This document shows positions 37,978-52,100 of a stretch of DNA of 64,000 nt, piece by piece; position 1 is the first letter of the stretch; every line of letters begins with the position of its first letter. The notes below the pieces were generated by a model. The model made no database searches. It was not told where the DNA came from and was given only the letters and a program-made list of their open reading frames with translations. Made by a program: the position numbers and the translations under genes. Source of the DNA: Octopus vulgaris (Eukaryota); assembly GCA_951406725.2 (NCBI GenBank), contig OX597831.1:64604001-64668000 (forward strand), read 5' to 3'.

Positions 37978-40900
37978 TATGACTATTGCAATTACTTGCT
38001 AGATTGTGCTTACTGGGTAGTCTACAGTTCACATTCTGCTCTTGTTAAAGATATTGAATTCAATGTTCTTGTCCCAACAGTGTTTGTTAGTTTGTAGTAA
38101 ATATTAAGCTGAAAATCTGCAGGTATAGAAATCACCAACCGTGGCACTACACCAATGCATCAACTACATGGAGATTGGCAACAAGACACTATATTAATGT
38201 GCTTTCCTTTGAATCATTGCATGAACACAAAGTCATCTATGATACTTTTAAAACTCAATCGGTTTCAAGATATAATTATTAAATTCATTAGAAGTCAAGA
38301 TGTTAGTCAGAACCAACACTAAATTAGTAGAAATACTGTACGGTTAATGACTTACCAATAGCAGCCATGACTAGTCAGTGCAAATAAATAATCGTTAAAG
38401 CTTTCAATAGGTTTCTCCTGTAAGACATAGTCAATTCTGCGTCCTTCATTTAACAGACCCATGCTGATTTCCTCATCATGACTAGAAGCAATGGCTGAAA
38501 AATGTTTGAAGGAAAATTTCAGTGAATATAATCCTCAAACAGAAAACTTGGTATATTTTAAACATATAGAATCAAATAAACGGAACTTTTCGGTTTGAAC
38601 GAGTTTTTAAAAATAATTTCCACGTAACTAAACAGTTTTAAACTTCGTATACTGGTAGAATGTGTTTATAAAACATCTTTTTCTCTTGGCTTTTTTGAGA
38701 AAATTCTATAGTTTGTAAGATATTTGTTGTTTTTTTTCTTCAATTTCTGCAATTTCAACCAATTACTGACGTCTATTGAGGTAAAAAACATTCTGTGCCG
38801 TATGAATATGTCCCTTGTTTATGAAACAGATTGGGTTTATTTACATTTGTGAAGAAAAAAAAGATACCCTTCCCCCAACCCCTAACCAACCCTAAAACAG
38901 ATTGAAATGCAATAGATCGATACTAGGGTCATAATTATGGGTGACAATTTCATATGACACTGCTAGAAAAAACTGCTGTTCAATCCGAAAAGATCCAAAT
39001 AAACCTATCAGACTACTGAAGTCATCATTAAAGCAAGTTAGTTTCTATTTGGAGATCAATTCCTACAGCCACCAGTTAACCGAGGTATTTTGTTTTTCAG
39101 CAATCACAAAAATTGAAGTCTTAACTGTAAAACACAGAAGTTTCCTTAAATTATTTAGCTACTTGTCAATAGTGGATGTTACCGTAAACTAATTTTCCTT
39201 TTAGTTTAGCTGTGTAGAGGTGACAAACTGAAAGAGAACTATTTCAACCGATCCATCAAATCTACTCTGGATTGGCAATGGATACTAAAGAGATTTGTTT
39301 CATCATCATCATCATCGTTTAACATCCGCTTTCCATGCTAGCATGGGTTGGACGGTGCAATTGGGGTCTGGGAAGCCAGAAGGCTGCACCAGGACCAGTC
39401 TGATCTGGCAGTGTTTCTACAGCTGGATGCCCTTCCTAACACCAACCACTCCGTGAGTGTAGTGGGTGCTTTTTACGTGCCACCGGCATAGGTGCCAGAC
39501 GAGGCTGGCAACAGCCACGATCAGATGGTGCTTTTTACGTGCCACCGGCACGGAGGCCAGATGAGATATATTATAATATTAGTTTATATTTTTACTTTTG
39601 CTATGGAATAGTCTGGCAGATTTTCTGCAGTTATGATCTTTACAGATCAATGTAGCTTCAACACCAATGCTTGCAGGGGAAATGTTATTGTGAAGGGAAT
39701 TTTAGAGGATTGACATTTTGAGGATGAAGGAATAGGAAAAGTGGCCAGCACAGGATCTATACAATGAGGGACAAGAGGAAAGGCAAAATCAAGGAAACTT
39801 TTAAATAATATAGTTCCAGTAGTTGTGGAGATGTCAAAAATGTTTTTAATGAAACAAAGACTATTAATTAGAAATATTGAATTTCTAAATGTCTCAACAA
39901 GACATGAGCGGCGGTGGAGCGATAGAGTGGTTGTATAAAGTCAACATAATGTGACAGTCCCATGAAGGGAATTACACACACCGCTATATAGCTCTAGGAA
40001 GCATCGACGCTTCCTAGGGCTACATAGCGGTGGTGTAGTTCCCTCTACGGGACTGTCAAGTTATGTTGACTTTATACAATCACTCTAAAAACTATTAATT
40101 CGAAAATGAAATATAAAGTAGAGGTTTTTTTTTTTTGTTTTCCCAGAAAATCTGTCCACTTACATGCAGTTTCACATTCATCGTCAGTTACAACTAACTG
40201 GTTAATAACATCACTCATTTCTTTTTCTACATGTTGTTCCAGTGATTGGTTTGAAGTGTGAGCTCTTGCAAATTCATTGATTGAATTCCAGGTACTCTTC
40301 AGGGAATCCAGAAATCTTTGCTTCAGATCAGAACCAACTCGGCTGAGACTTTCTCGCAATTCTGAAATCAAAAGAGACAAAATATCAATCCCAATTCAAT
40401 GTTTTTGGATTGATGCTTAAATGCATCTTTCTTTATTATTATTAAGTACCAGGGATTAACTATGTAGTACTTCATATAAATCGGAAAATTCATCTTTACT
40501 ACTAAATGAAGATGAGGGTGGTGGTAAAATAGCAAGGGAATTAATTAAAAGGCAGTATTTTTTTTCATCTTACATTCTTAATTCATATCTGACCATTCAT
40601 AATTCTAGGGTCAATAAGTACAAGGTTTCAATTCAATATACTCTTTCACATTCCCCTTGTAAAAAATAGCAAGATATTATTATTATTATTATAATCATCA
40701 TTATTATTATCATTATTATCATTATTATTATTATCATTATCATTATTATCATTATCATCATTATTATTATTATCATTATTATTATTCTTATTATCCTTAT
40801 CATTATTATCATCATTATTATTATTCTTATTATCCTTATCATTATTATCATCATTATTATTATTATTATTACATCGGAATTTGAACTCAGAACATAACAG

Positions 40901-42196
40901 CAGACGAAATATGGCTACGCATTTCGCCCGGCATCCTAACGATTCTGCCAGCTCGCCGCCTTAATATATGTACTACAGATATAACAACACTAAACATACA
41001 CCCCAAACAAAGCGTGCATCTCAGGCACATTAAGATCACATAGCATCATCACATATTCTTTATTGTGCCCTACTCAAGTCACATAATTGCCATCATATAT
41101 ATCAATACACGTGTATTCTGATAAATGTGATTCTTAATACAACCACAGAAGGGAGCAAATCCAGCATCTAGTGGGAACATGTCTCCCAGATTCCTGCAGC
41201 AGTCAAAGTAGAAAGAGTGAGATATATATCATCATCATCATTTTAACATCCACTTTTCCATGCTTGTATAGGTCAGATGGAATTTATCGAGGCAGATTTT
41301 CTATGACCAGCTGCTTTCCTGTTGCCAACCTTCACCTGCTTCCCTATGGCCAGACAGGTTTTCATGGAATACTGGAAATGAAGGACAACACTTGCATGGT
41401 TATGACTCTTGTTTACAACCTTCATGTGATGTCAAGGCAAGGAGACACACACACACACACAAACATACATACATTCTTTTGTCCTTTTGTTTCAATCATT
41501 TGACTGCACCCATGCTGGAGCACCACCTTGAAGGGTTTTAGTTGAGCAAATCAAACCCAGAACTTATTTCTACTGATCTCTTTTGCCAAACCACTAGGTT
41601 ACAGGGACATAAACACACCAACACTGGTTAACAAGCAGTGGGCGAGGGGGGGGCACAAAGACACACACACACACATAAACAGGCTTCTTTCAGTTTCCGT
41701 CTACCAAATCCACTCACAAGGCTTTGGTTGGCCTGAGGTTATAGAAGACACTTACCCAAGGTGTCACACAAGTGGGACTGAACTCGGAACCATGTCGTTG
41801 GGAAGCAAGCTTCTTACCACACAGCCATGCCTAGGCTCCTTTCAATTTCCATCTACCAAATCCACTCACAGGACTTTGGTTAACCCAGGGATATAGTAGA
41901 AGACACTTGCTCAAGGTATCACACAGTAGGACTGAACCCAGAACCATGAGATTAGGAAACAAACTTCTTGTCACACAACCATTTTTGCACATATCTATTT
42001 ATCTATTACTCTTTTACTTGTTTCAGTCATTTGACTGCGGCCATGCTGGAGCACCGCCTTTAGTTGAGCAAATTGACCCCAGGACTTATTCTTTGTGAGC
42101 CTAGTACTTAATCTATCGGTCTCTTTTGCCGAACTGCTAAGTTATGGGGACGTAAACACACCAGCATCGGTTGTCAAGCGTTGGTGGGGGGGACAA

Positions 42197-42229
<33 letters not shown>

Positions 42230-43096
42230 CGACAGGCTTCTTTCAGTTTCCGTCTACCAAATCCACTCACAAGGCTTTGGTCAGCCTGAGGCTATAGTAG
42301 AAGACACTTGCCCAAGGTGCCACGCTGTGGGACTGAACCCGGAACCATGTGGTTGGGAAGCAAGCTACTTACCACACAGCCACTCCTGCGTCTAAGCATA
42401 AAGGTTCAGCTGATTAACCCTTTAGCATTCAGATTGCTCTCTCAAATGTAAAGTTTGTTTATTCACATTGTCTTAAATCAATCATGCATCATCTTGTAGC
42501 CTCAAAGTTTCGATGATGTGATTGTCTACCTTAAGAATGACATCACAGGGTAGATGTCAGGGGCTGGATGTGGCTGGTTCGATCATAAAACAAGAATATT
42601 TGGGCCAGATACGAGTCAGTTTAAATCCTAAAGGGTTAAGATGCACATACATTGTATACATATTTCTTGTCTCCCCCAAGATAAAAACCTACAACTGCCT
42701 GGGTAACAGTGTCCAGTGAATGCTATATAGTATGTGTGATATTGTTACTTAGTCCCAGAGGAAGCCTTTGATCAAAGGCGTTACAGTCGGGACCATTCTG
42801 TCTCTTTTCAGACATTGCATCACATTATTCAATTAATCCTTTTTAAGACAGCAGGACAGAGCAGCTGCATAGAAGATTTCTTGTTAGCTTGTGTTATCTT
42901 ATATCTGTTACAATCATTAAATTGCGGCCATGCTGGGACACTACCTTAAAGAACTTTTAGTCAAGGGAATTGACCCCAGTACTTATTTTCTGTAAGCCTG
43001 GGACATAAACAAACCAACACCAGTTGTCAAGCAGTGATAGGGGACAAACACAGACACAAAGACATACACACACACACACACACACACATATATATG

Positions 43097-43141
<45 letters not shown>

Positions 43142-46100
43142 TCATCATTTAGCGTCCGTTTTCCATGCTAGCATATGTGTGTGTGTGTTTGTGTGTCTGT
43201 GTTTGTCCCACTAGCATTGCTTGACAACTGATGCTGGTGTGTTTACGCCCCCGTCACTTAGCGTTCGGCAAAAGAGACCGATAGAATAAGTACTGGGCTT
43301 ACAAAGAATAAGTCCCGGGGTCGATTTGCTCGACTAAAGGCAGTGCTCCAGCATGGCCGCAGTCAAATGACTGAAACAAGTAAAAGAGTAAAGAGTATAC
43401 ATACATACATACACATACAACAGGCTTCTTTTAATTTCCATCTACCAAATCCACCCACAGGGTTTCGGTCAGCGCGAGGCTAAAGTAGGTGCCATATAGT
43501 GGGACTGAACCTGGAACCATGAGGTTGGGAAGCTAGCTTCTTACCACACAGCCATGCCTGTGCTTTATGCTTGTAATATATTTCTAATTCTAGATATGTG
43601 CTTTACTTACAATATAAAAGCGAAAATAAAGATGAGGGAAACATAACAATTAAGACTCACCTAAATGAAGACGTTTTCGGCCTTTATGATGTGGTATTAG
43701 AACTGGTTTGTGGTTACTAGCGTGGGCATTCACAAGTGGCTCGATACGATAGGCCTACAACATGTAAACATTATATATGGAGATGTTGAGCTCTAAGCAG
43801 AATATACTTTCACATCATAAAATTCTACATTACACTTGAAATAGATTATGGAATCCCATGTTATTCTATGAAATTGGTCATGGTTTCAAAAGCAAATTAT
43901 TTTACTGTTGACTGTTTGTCTAATCATTTAATACTCAACTAAAAAGTAGTGAAGGGTATCTATTTGCTTCAAAGACAGATTGAATTATATGCATGACTCA
44001 TCATCATCATTTAATATCCACTTTCCATGCTAGCATGGGTTGGACGATTTGATTGAGGTCTGGCGAACCAAACTCCAATCTGATCTGGCAGAGTTTATAC
44101 AGCTGGATGCCCTTCCTAACGCCAACCATTCCGAGAGTGTAGTGGGTGCTTTTACATGCCACCAGCACGAGGGCCAGTTTGGTGGTACTGGCAACTGCCA
44201 CACCCAAATGGTGCTTTGTACGTGCCACCTGCACAGGAGCCAGTCCAGCGGCACTGGCAACGACCTTGCTCGAATGTTTCACGTGCCACCAGCACAAGTT
44301 CTAGTAAGGCGACGCGGTAATAATCACGCTCGAATGGTGTGCTTAAACGTGCCATCAGCACAAAGGCCAGCTTGTTGCTCTGGCAACGATCTCACTCGTA
44401 TGGTACTCTTAGCGCTCCACTAGCAACGGATGCCAGTCACTGAGTTTCATTTTGACTTCGATTTCACTTGCCTCAACTGGTCTTCGCAAGCAGAGTTTAG
44501 TGTCCAGTGACCCTATAGAGGAATCTCATCTGTTGCTATTAATATCAACATTCATTTGTATATATACTTTGAGTTGGACAGCTACATCAATATACAGTAC
44601 GGTGAATTACCATGCTTATATCATGCATTTTTTTAAAAATTTTAACATTCAAAATAATTTTAATGAGGAGGTAATTGTTTCTGCTGACTAATACCAATTA
44701 CCTTCCAACATCTACACATCATTGGTTTGATAGCTAAATGCAGTATAATTTTCTTTTATATATAATGACAGAAATTTAACAAAATCGAGTTCTTTAACCA
44801 ACAAACAAGTGGAAGTATAGTCATTCCAATTGCCAATGTTGCATGAAAGTATCCAAAACAAAACTCCCTACTGCCATTAAAATAATTGCTGTGATTTCAA
44901 ATTCTAAGTTTTAGACTTTCTTATCAATAATAAAGATGGCAGTTAATACACGATAATTTTCAATATTACTTTGCAATAAATTTTTGATGTTTGCAACAAG
45001 TTAATGGTAAAATGCCAAAATAACTTACCACAGAATCAAACTGAAGACACGGCCAAAGGAAGATGCAAAGAAAATATAAAAAGTTATCAGAATGGTTTCA
45101 ATACATTTAAATTATTTAAAATAAAAATAAAAAAGTTTCAGAAAGCTAAAACAAAAGACTTAATACATTTACTGATAATCTGTTACACAAAAGAACCAAG
45201 ATAAACAATATTATTTATGAACTTGTTAACGATATGTGTTGTCTTTGATGTAAATGTGTTAGTAATAATAAAACTGTTAAACTGTTTTAATAAGTCATAA
45301 TACTAAGTGACTTTCAAAATAGTTTATAACCTATTTATATACTGCCTAGCAGTATATAAATTTATATATTTCCTAGCAGTTTTACTTGCAACATATATAC
45401 AACAAAACAGGTATCGGTGACAGTGCAGAAAACAACCCCAAACTTGAAAGGCAGCGAGCTGGCAGAACCGTTAGCACACCAGGCAAAGTGCTTAGCAGTA
45501 TTTCGTCTGTCGCTACGTTCTGAGTTCAAATTCCGCTGAGGTCGACTTTGCCTTTCATCCTTTCGGGGTTGATAAATAAAGTACCAGTTTCGCACTGGGG
45601 TCGATGTAATCAACTTAATCCCTTTCTCTGTCCTTGTTTGTTCCCTCTATGTTTAGCCCCTTGTGGGCAGTAAAGAAATATATATTTGATCAGAATTCTT
45701 TAATATGGACATAAACAATCTTCAAATGGTAATGTCAGCTTTTAAAAGCATATTTCATTAAATAAGTATCTTTTTAATAATATTTAAGATAAGTTAGGTT
45801 GATGTCATCATCATCATCATCATCCTTTAACGTCCGCTTTCCATGCTGGCATGGGTTGGACAGCCTGACATGAGCTAGCTGAGCAGAAGACTGCACCAAG
45901 CTTCAGTGTCTGTTCTGGCATGCCTTTTATAGCTGGATGCCTTTCCTAACACCAACCACCTTGCAGTTGTTGTTTTTTTGAGTTCTACATCTGCTATAGA
46001 ACAAGAGAGAGAGATTTTGAAATTGCATCCATGCAGACAGGCTCCAACAACAGCATGATATTTAACAAGAAAAAAGTCAAGAAGAAAAAAAGATTTGGTT

Positions 46101-49100
46101 TGCAATAACTTACCGGATGGAAAATGTTGAAGACTCTGGAACATGTGGGAAGGCAGAATTCTTCTCCCATTTTTTCTACCCCACGTACAGCTAGAAATAC
46201 TCCAATAGGAGAGCCTAAAGCAAAGAAGCTAACAGGATGAAAGAGTAACTGTGGATATTCAACAAAGGGTTGTCCAGTTCCAGCCACACCCATCAAATAG
46301 TCAACAGAAATCGATGTCTCACATTTTAGCAATCTAAGAGAGAAAAATAAAGAATTGTACAAAATCATGAAAGTTAACACTTAAAGATGCTTTCTACTTC
46401 TTTTATAAATACTTTTCCATTTTAAGAGCATTGTAGCTCACTTGAAGCATCTGGTCATCAAATCTAAGTAGAGACTTCAAACTTAAAATCTTCAAAGCCA
46501 CAGTTGAACCAATTCTACTATATGGCTCAGAAACCTAGAGGTTGTCAAAGAAGCTTGAGAGGCAGGTGGATGGAACTTACACTCGCCTCCTTATGAGAGC
46601 TCAAAATCTCTCGTGGAGGCGTCATCCAACCAAAATACAAATATATGGGAAACTACCTCCTGTATCATCTCTTGTGAAAGGTAGGAGAGTCCAATTTGCT
46701 GGACATTGTTGTAGAGCTGAAAACAAGGCAATTTCTACTCTTCTCCTCTGGAAGCCATCTACTTGCGATAACAGAGGGCGCATACTCTCCTACCCTGATG
46801 TAATCTCCAGGGATACAGGCATCCAGCAACAGGACCTCCATAATGCTATGATGGACCGTGAAGTCTGGCGTAGCATGGTAAATTCCATTGTCTCGACCAC
46901 GGTCAAACAATGATGATGATGACAAAAGGAAAAGAAAAGGGGAAATAAGAATGCAGAAAGTTTTACCAAAAGTTTTACAAAGGCCCATTGTCAGAAGAAA
47001 GCAGTCTTGGAAACGTCCTGCTACACGGATTCCTTTACCTTATTCAAACTCCTAGGAGTTATGTAAACAGCAGTAGCAGAAACTCTTCAACTGTTGGTTG
47101 ATGCAATGTATAGTCATATGGTGGTGGTGGCATATATTATGATGCTGGTTGCAATCACCATGTTTATATAGCAGCCACTGGTTCAACTCCAATTGGCTGA
47201 TAATTTTTGGATTGAGACAGTAGATCAATATAGCTTCTTTTATATGTAGATTTCCAGTCACATCAACTAACAGTGGATGCGTTGCCTACACCAACAGCCA
47301 GAGATTTGCTTACACCAACAGTTGAAGAGTGGCTGCTACTGCTGCTGACCTAATGCCAAGGAGTTTGAATAAGGTAACAGAATCGGTGTGACTGGGCATT
47401 TCCCAGACTGCTTTCTTCTGAGAATGGGCCTCAGTACTTGAAATATAAAGGATTTTGTAAAATTTTCTGCATTGTTAGAAGCCTTATTTCCCTTTTTCTT
47501 TCACTTATAAATTGTGTTAGGTGAGAGTCATTTCCAAGGATTATTGAAGTAAGCCAAATAAATTTAAAGACCATTAAATAGTACTCGTGTGTTTTAGTCA
47601 CAACCTGGACCATTTAAAATAGAAAAAGCAAAAGCAACAAGCCCACTGTCAGGAGGCCTTCTTTCTGCTTCAAAGTGCTTATAATGTCTAATATCATTTA
47701 TCTAAAACAGCCAATTTATTTATTTCATTCAAAAGACTATTTTGCATATCATGTTAATTTCATTTCCTTCCGCGTCCCCAAAGTCCATCCCCTCCTCACC
47801 GTGGTGGGGACGCTGGCAACGAGTAGTGTCAGAGCTATGCCGTCGGGAACTTCGGTTCCTGGTAGGGCCACCGAAGGCGGATTGGTCTGACACCGAGTGG
47901 TATTAGGGCCACAAGCCGGCAGACGAGGCTCTGGTGAAAATCCTTGGAGTGTCTGCTCCGGCAACCGGCGGCTCCTCGGTCGTTCTGTCCCTGCGTCTGC
48001 AGACAATCTGCAGGCAAACAGGATGTCTCTACATGCGGGATTGTTAGGGACCGCTTGTGAAATCCACATATTCCCACAAAACTTCTTCCAAGGAAGAAGC
48101 CAACTCAACCCGCCCAGGGTGAATGTCACCACAAGTACAAGTAAGTAATTTCCTTCCCATCTTGACATTTATGATAGCTTCTTTCCCGCTACTTTCTCTA
48201 GTTTCCTTCAAGTTCTACTTATTGACGAATTGAACAGAATTGTATGCAAAAACTGAATTCAATTTAGTCACTTGTCTAAGTAATAGGAATCTCACAAAAT
48301 TCCAAGAAAAACTCACTTTGTTTTTAAATTTGTTTCTGCTTCTTTCAGTTGCTCTTCCTCTTTTCTTTTCTTCTCAGCTTCTATCTTCTGCTTCATGGCA
48401 ACCTCTTCTTGGTGCTATACAAATGACACATCAAACAATTATTAATAATACTAAACAAAAAAGATACAAGAGCATTATCACTAGTGCCAACAAACAAAAA
48501 TCTGCAAAGAGGTTGGAATTAGGAAAAGGATCAGGTTATAGAAACTACACAAAAGTAGACATTCGTGCATGACACAGGCCTCCAAACTCATCATCAGACC
48601 CTGTCTAACCATCCAACCTTTACCAGTGAGGAAACTGAATGTTAGATGATGATGATGATCAGCAGCAGCAGCAGTACTGACAGTCAGTATTTGACAGCAT
48701 TCTAGATAACACACCTGGACACTCGAAATTCATGAAGCATTCTAAACCTTTTAACTGATGCAGGCATGGTGTTAGGAAGGTCAAAACAAACTGGTGAAGC
48801 CCCTGGCCTACCAGTTCCTGTACAGCCATTCAACCCGTGCCAGCATGGAAAACGGATGTTAAATGATGATGTGTTTAAGAAGTTCACTTCACAATTACAT
48901 TGTTTTGAATATGATTCCATTGAATATGATTCCATTGAATATGATTCCATTTGGGTATGACTCCATTGCAAAGCACTTTTTCAGAACCTCAAACTGACCA
49001 AAGACTTGGATGGAATTTATGAGATGGAACCCGTTTCTTTTTTGGTGTGAGACAATCTGTCATCTGGTTCACTACCATCACCTATTCCCTGGGGTGTCCG

Positions 49101-52100
49101 TTTTGAAGCAAGCATTCAGGGAAGGTCCCTGGATTGAGGATAACTTCCATCCATCTATCTTGCAGGTCCAAACTAAGCCATGCAAAAAAAAACGAAATGT
49201 TTGATACTACAATTCCTTATATCTGACCTGTTTTAATTCTGTCATCAACTTCTGAAGTTTCTTTCGTGGTCCCATCGGTAAACCAAGACATTTCAAATCC
49301 TCATCAGTACACATACTCTAGAAAATACACAAAAAAATTTTTATATTATTTAGAAAATAGTTTCATCCAATTGTTCAATCATTTCATTTTTTTTAAGAAA
49401 TCAAAGTATTCTTGGAATAAATTAGCTAAATAGTTTCAGATTCATATTTACTTTTACTCAGTTTTTATATTATATATAGCATATATACCCTAACAAGATC
49501 TTATATAATATATACCCTAACAAGATCTTATATAACATATACCCCACCCCAACAACTTACATTATATGTACACAGTTGGTGGGAAAGACTCAAGAGATTA
49601 AGACTCTATTCCTTAGAGCAGAGGCGAGAAAGATATGCCATAATATACATCTGGAAGATCCTGGAAGGACTTGTCCCAAACTTTGGCAACGAGAGTTACA
49701 CAAATACTTGAACTGGGCACCACTGCATAGTGCCAAGGACTCCAAATTTGCCATCAAGATGTAGGACAAGATACTGCAATAGCCCGGGCTTCAGAGGTCC
49801 ACAGCTCTTCAATATCCTCCTGAAGGACTTGAGAGACCTGCATGGGGTGGATGCAGATGTCTTCAAAATAAAGTTGGACCTCTTCCTGTCAGGTGTCCCA
49901 GATGAACCAACTTCACGGCAGGAGGTGCAGATGAGGGCAGCTGCATCAAACTCTCATGCACCAAATGTCAATTGCTAAAAAGCCTTTGTGAAGTAAAATC
50001 ATGTAGCAACACCAAATGGCGGTGCCCCAGCATGGCCACAGCTCGTGAGCTTTTTTTTTTAATATGACATATACTCAGCAAATTCTTCTATTATCTGTAG
50101 TCAACAAGTTCTTATATGTGACCCTTGATGCTCTTATATTCATTTATGTTCCAAAGTAATAATTAGGGGGAATCCCTAGTTACCTCCACTGCAGTTTCAC
50201 TTTTATCTTCATTCCCACTTCAGAAGCACCAAAAAATTATAAATAGCTTTAAACAGGATACTGCCACTCTGACATCAATTACTTAACCACTGAAGTATAT
50301 TTAATTTCCTAAATTAAAGCCAACTAATTTTATTTTGGTCTTATTCCTAAATGCCTTGTTTAATTTTAAATTTTAATCAGACTTTCTTTGGCTATAATTA
50401 TGTAAGAATGAAAAAGAGCCTCATTGGCTCTTTTTATTCTCTATGTGATTGTTCAGATAGCTAGAAAAATTATCCAAATTCCTCTCAAATTACAACGCTT
50501 TGCAGTCTTAGAAAAAGAACACATTAGATAACAAGCGGAAAGTGTAACCTTTCGAAGATGAGGACAAATATCCATCGAATGTAAATAATGTACATAATTC
50601 CTCATCTCTTAAATATAGAACTGTAAGTCAATAGTTGTTCTAGAATACAAAATACTAAGTGTAGCTCGTCACATCAACATAACATGTAATGTTACTATAA
50701 GTAAACTAATAAGTATTAAGGTACATTTCAATACAACTAAAAACAAAATACTGTTTTTTTAAAATAAGAAAATGAAAATCTCACCAATGCATCAATATCA
50801 ATTTGTTCATCTTTAAATATTTCCATTTTATCTTGAAGTCCAGCTTTGGCCAATAAGTCTTCAAGAGTCATCTCAGTTTCTTGGTTTGTATCTTCTTCCA
50901 ATGCCTTAAAACCAAACAACAAATTCCACTCATGACTAATTACTTTTTAAATATTTAAATCCATGTTAACTTTTCAATAACCAGAATGACAAACACTAAA
51001 TTAAACTCAGCAATGATATCCAACCAAAATTTGCAACTAGATTTGCATTAATCATCTTTAATATTTCCCTTTCTTTTATGCAGTAGAATCATTATTCTAT
51101 TTCCAAGATTTATAATGAGACTTTGGTCATAGAAAATGCAAGAGTTATTAAAAATAAATTTCATTCATTAAACAATGTTTAATCCTGCTGTTTCAAATGA
51201 ATATAGATTTCTAATAGAAATCTATACAAGTGAACATGTGAAGAACAAAATAGGAATTTTGAAAGAATTATTGATAAAACTAGTTTTTAAACACTGAATA
51301 GCTACAAGGGTCTACCAAAGTAAAATAGTAGTCAAAAGGGTTCATGGGTAAAATACAGCTACAAATAATGTTCATACATTAAAACATTGCTGTTCCCAAA
51401 AGGGAACATGCCCAGCAACTGAATCCTCATTTTAACCTTTCACAAAGTCCCTTCAGATTTTACGTAGCCCCAGAGTAGTTCGAACATGACAAGACTGAAA
51501 TTGCAATGCCTCAGTTATGGACATGGCTTTTGTTTAAATTCAGATGTCAGCTCTATATTTCTGTACCACAAAATTAATTAGGTTCACATTTATGAAATTT
51601 GTTCATTGAATCACTGTAAGGTGTTGCCTACACATATCACCAAGAAAATTATCCTACGTAGAATAAACATCATCGACGTGTTCATCCTATGTGGAATAAA
51701 CATTACTATCTTTTATCTTTTACCTGTTCCAGTCATTAGACTGGCCATGCTGCGACAACACCTTGAAGAATTTTTAATCAAATGAATTGACCCAAGTACT
51801 TTTTTTTTTCTATAAGCCAGGTACTTATTCTATTGGTCTCTATAGCTGAACCACTAAGTTACAAAGACATAAACAAACCAATACCGGTTGTCAAGTGGTG
51901 GCGGATACAAACAAAGATACAAAGACACACACACACACAGACAAATTTACATCAGTTTCCATCTACCAAATTCATTCGCAAAGCTTTGGTCAGCCCAAGG
52001 CTATAGCAGAAGACACTTGCCCAAGGTGCCATGCAGTGTGATTGGGAAGCAAGCTTCTTATCACACAGCCAAATATTATCAGGCTATTTATCCTATGTAT

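Noticed and set aside
44702-44711. Second possible microexon (tag|ATGTTGGAAG|gtaatt on -)
   Set aside because: 10 nt would shift the frame, the pyrimidine tract is poor, and the protein has no gap left to fill.
47749-48168. Overlapping ORFs across the GC-rich element
   Set aside because: Expected from GC content; they cross the TSD boundaries and show no RT or other domain.
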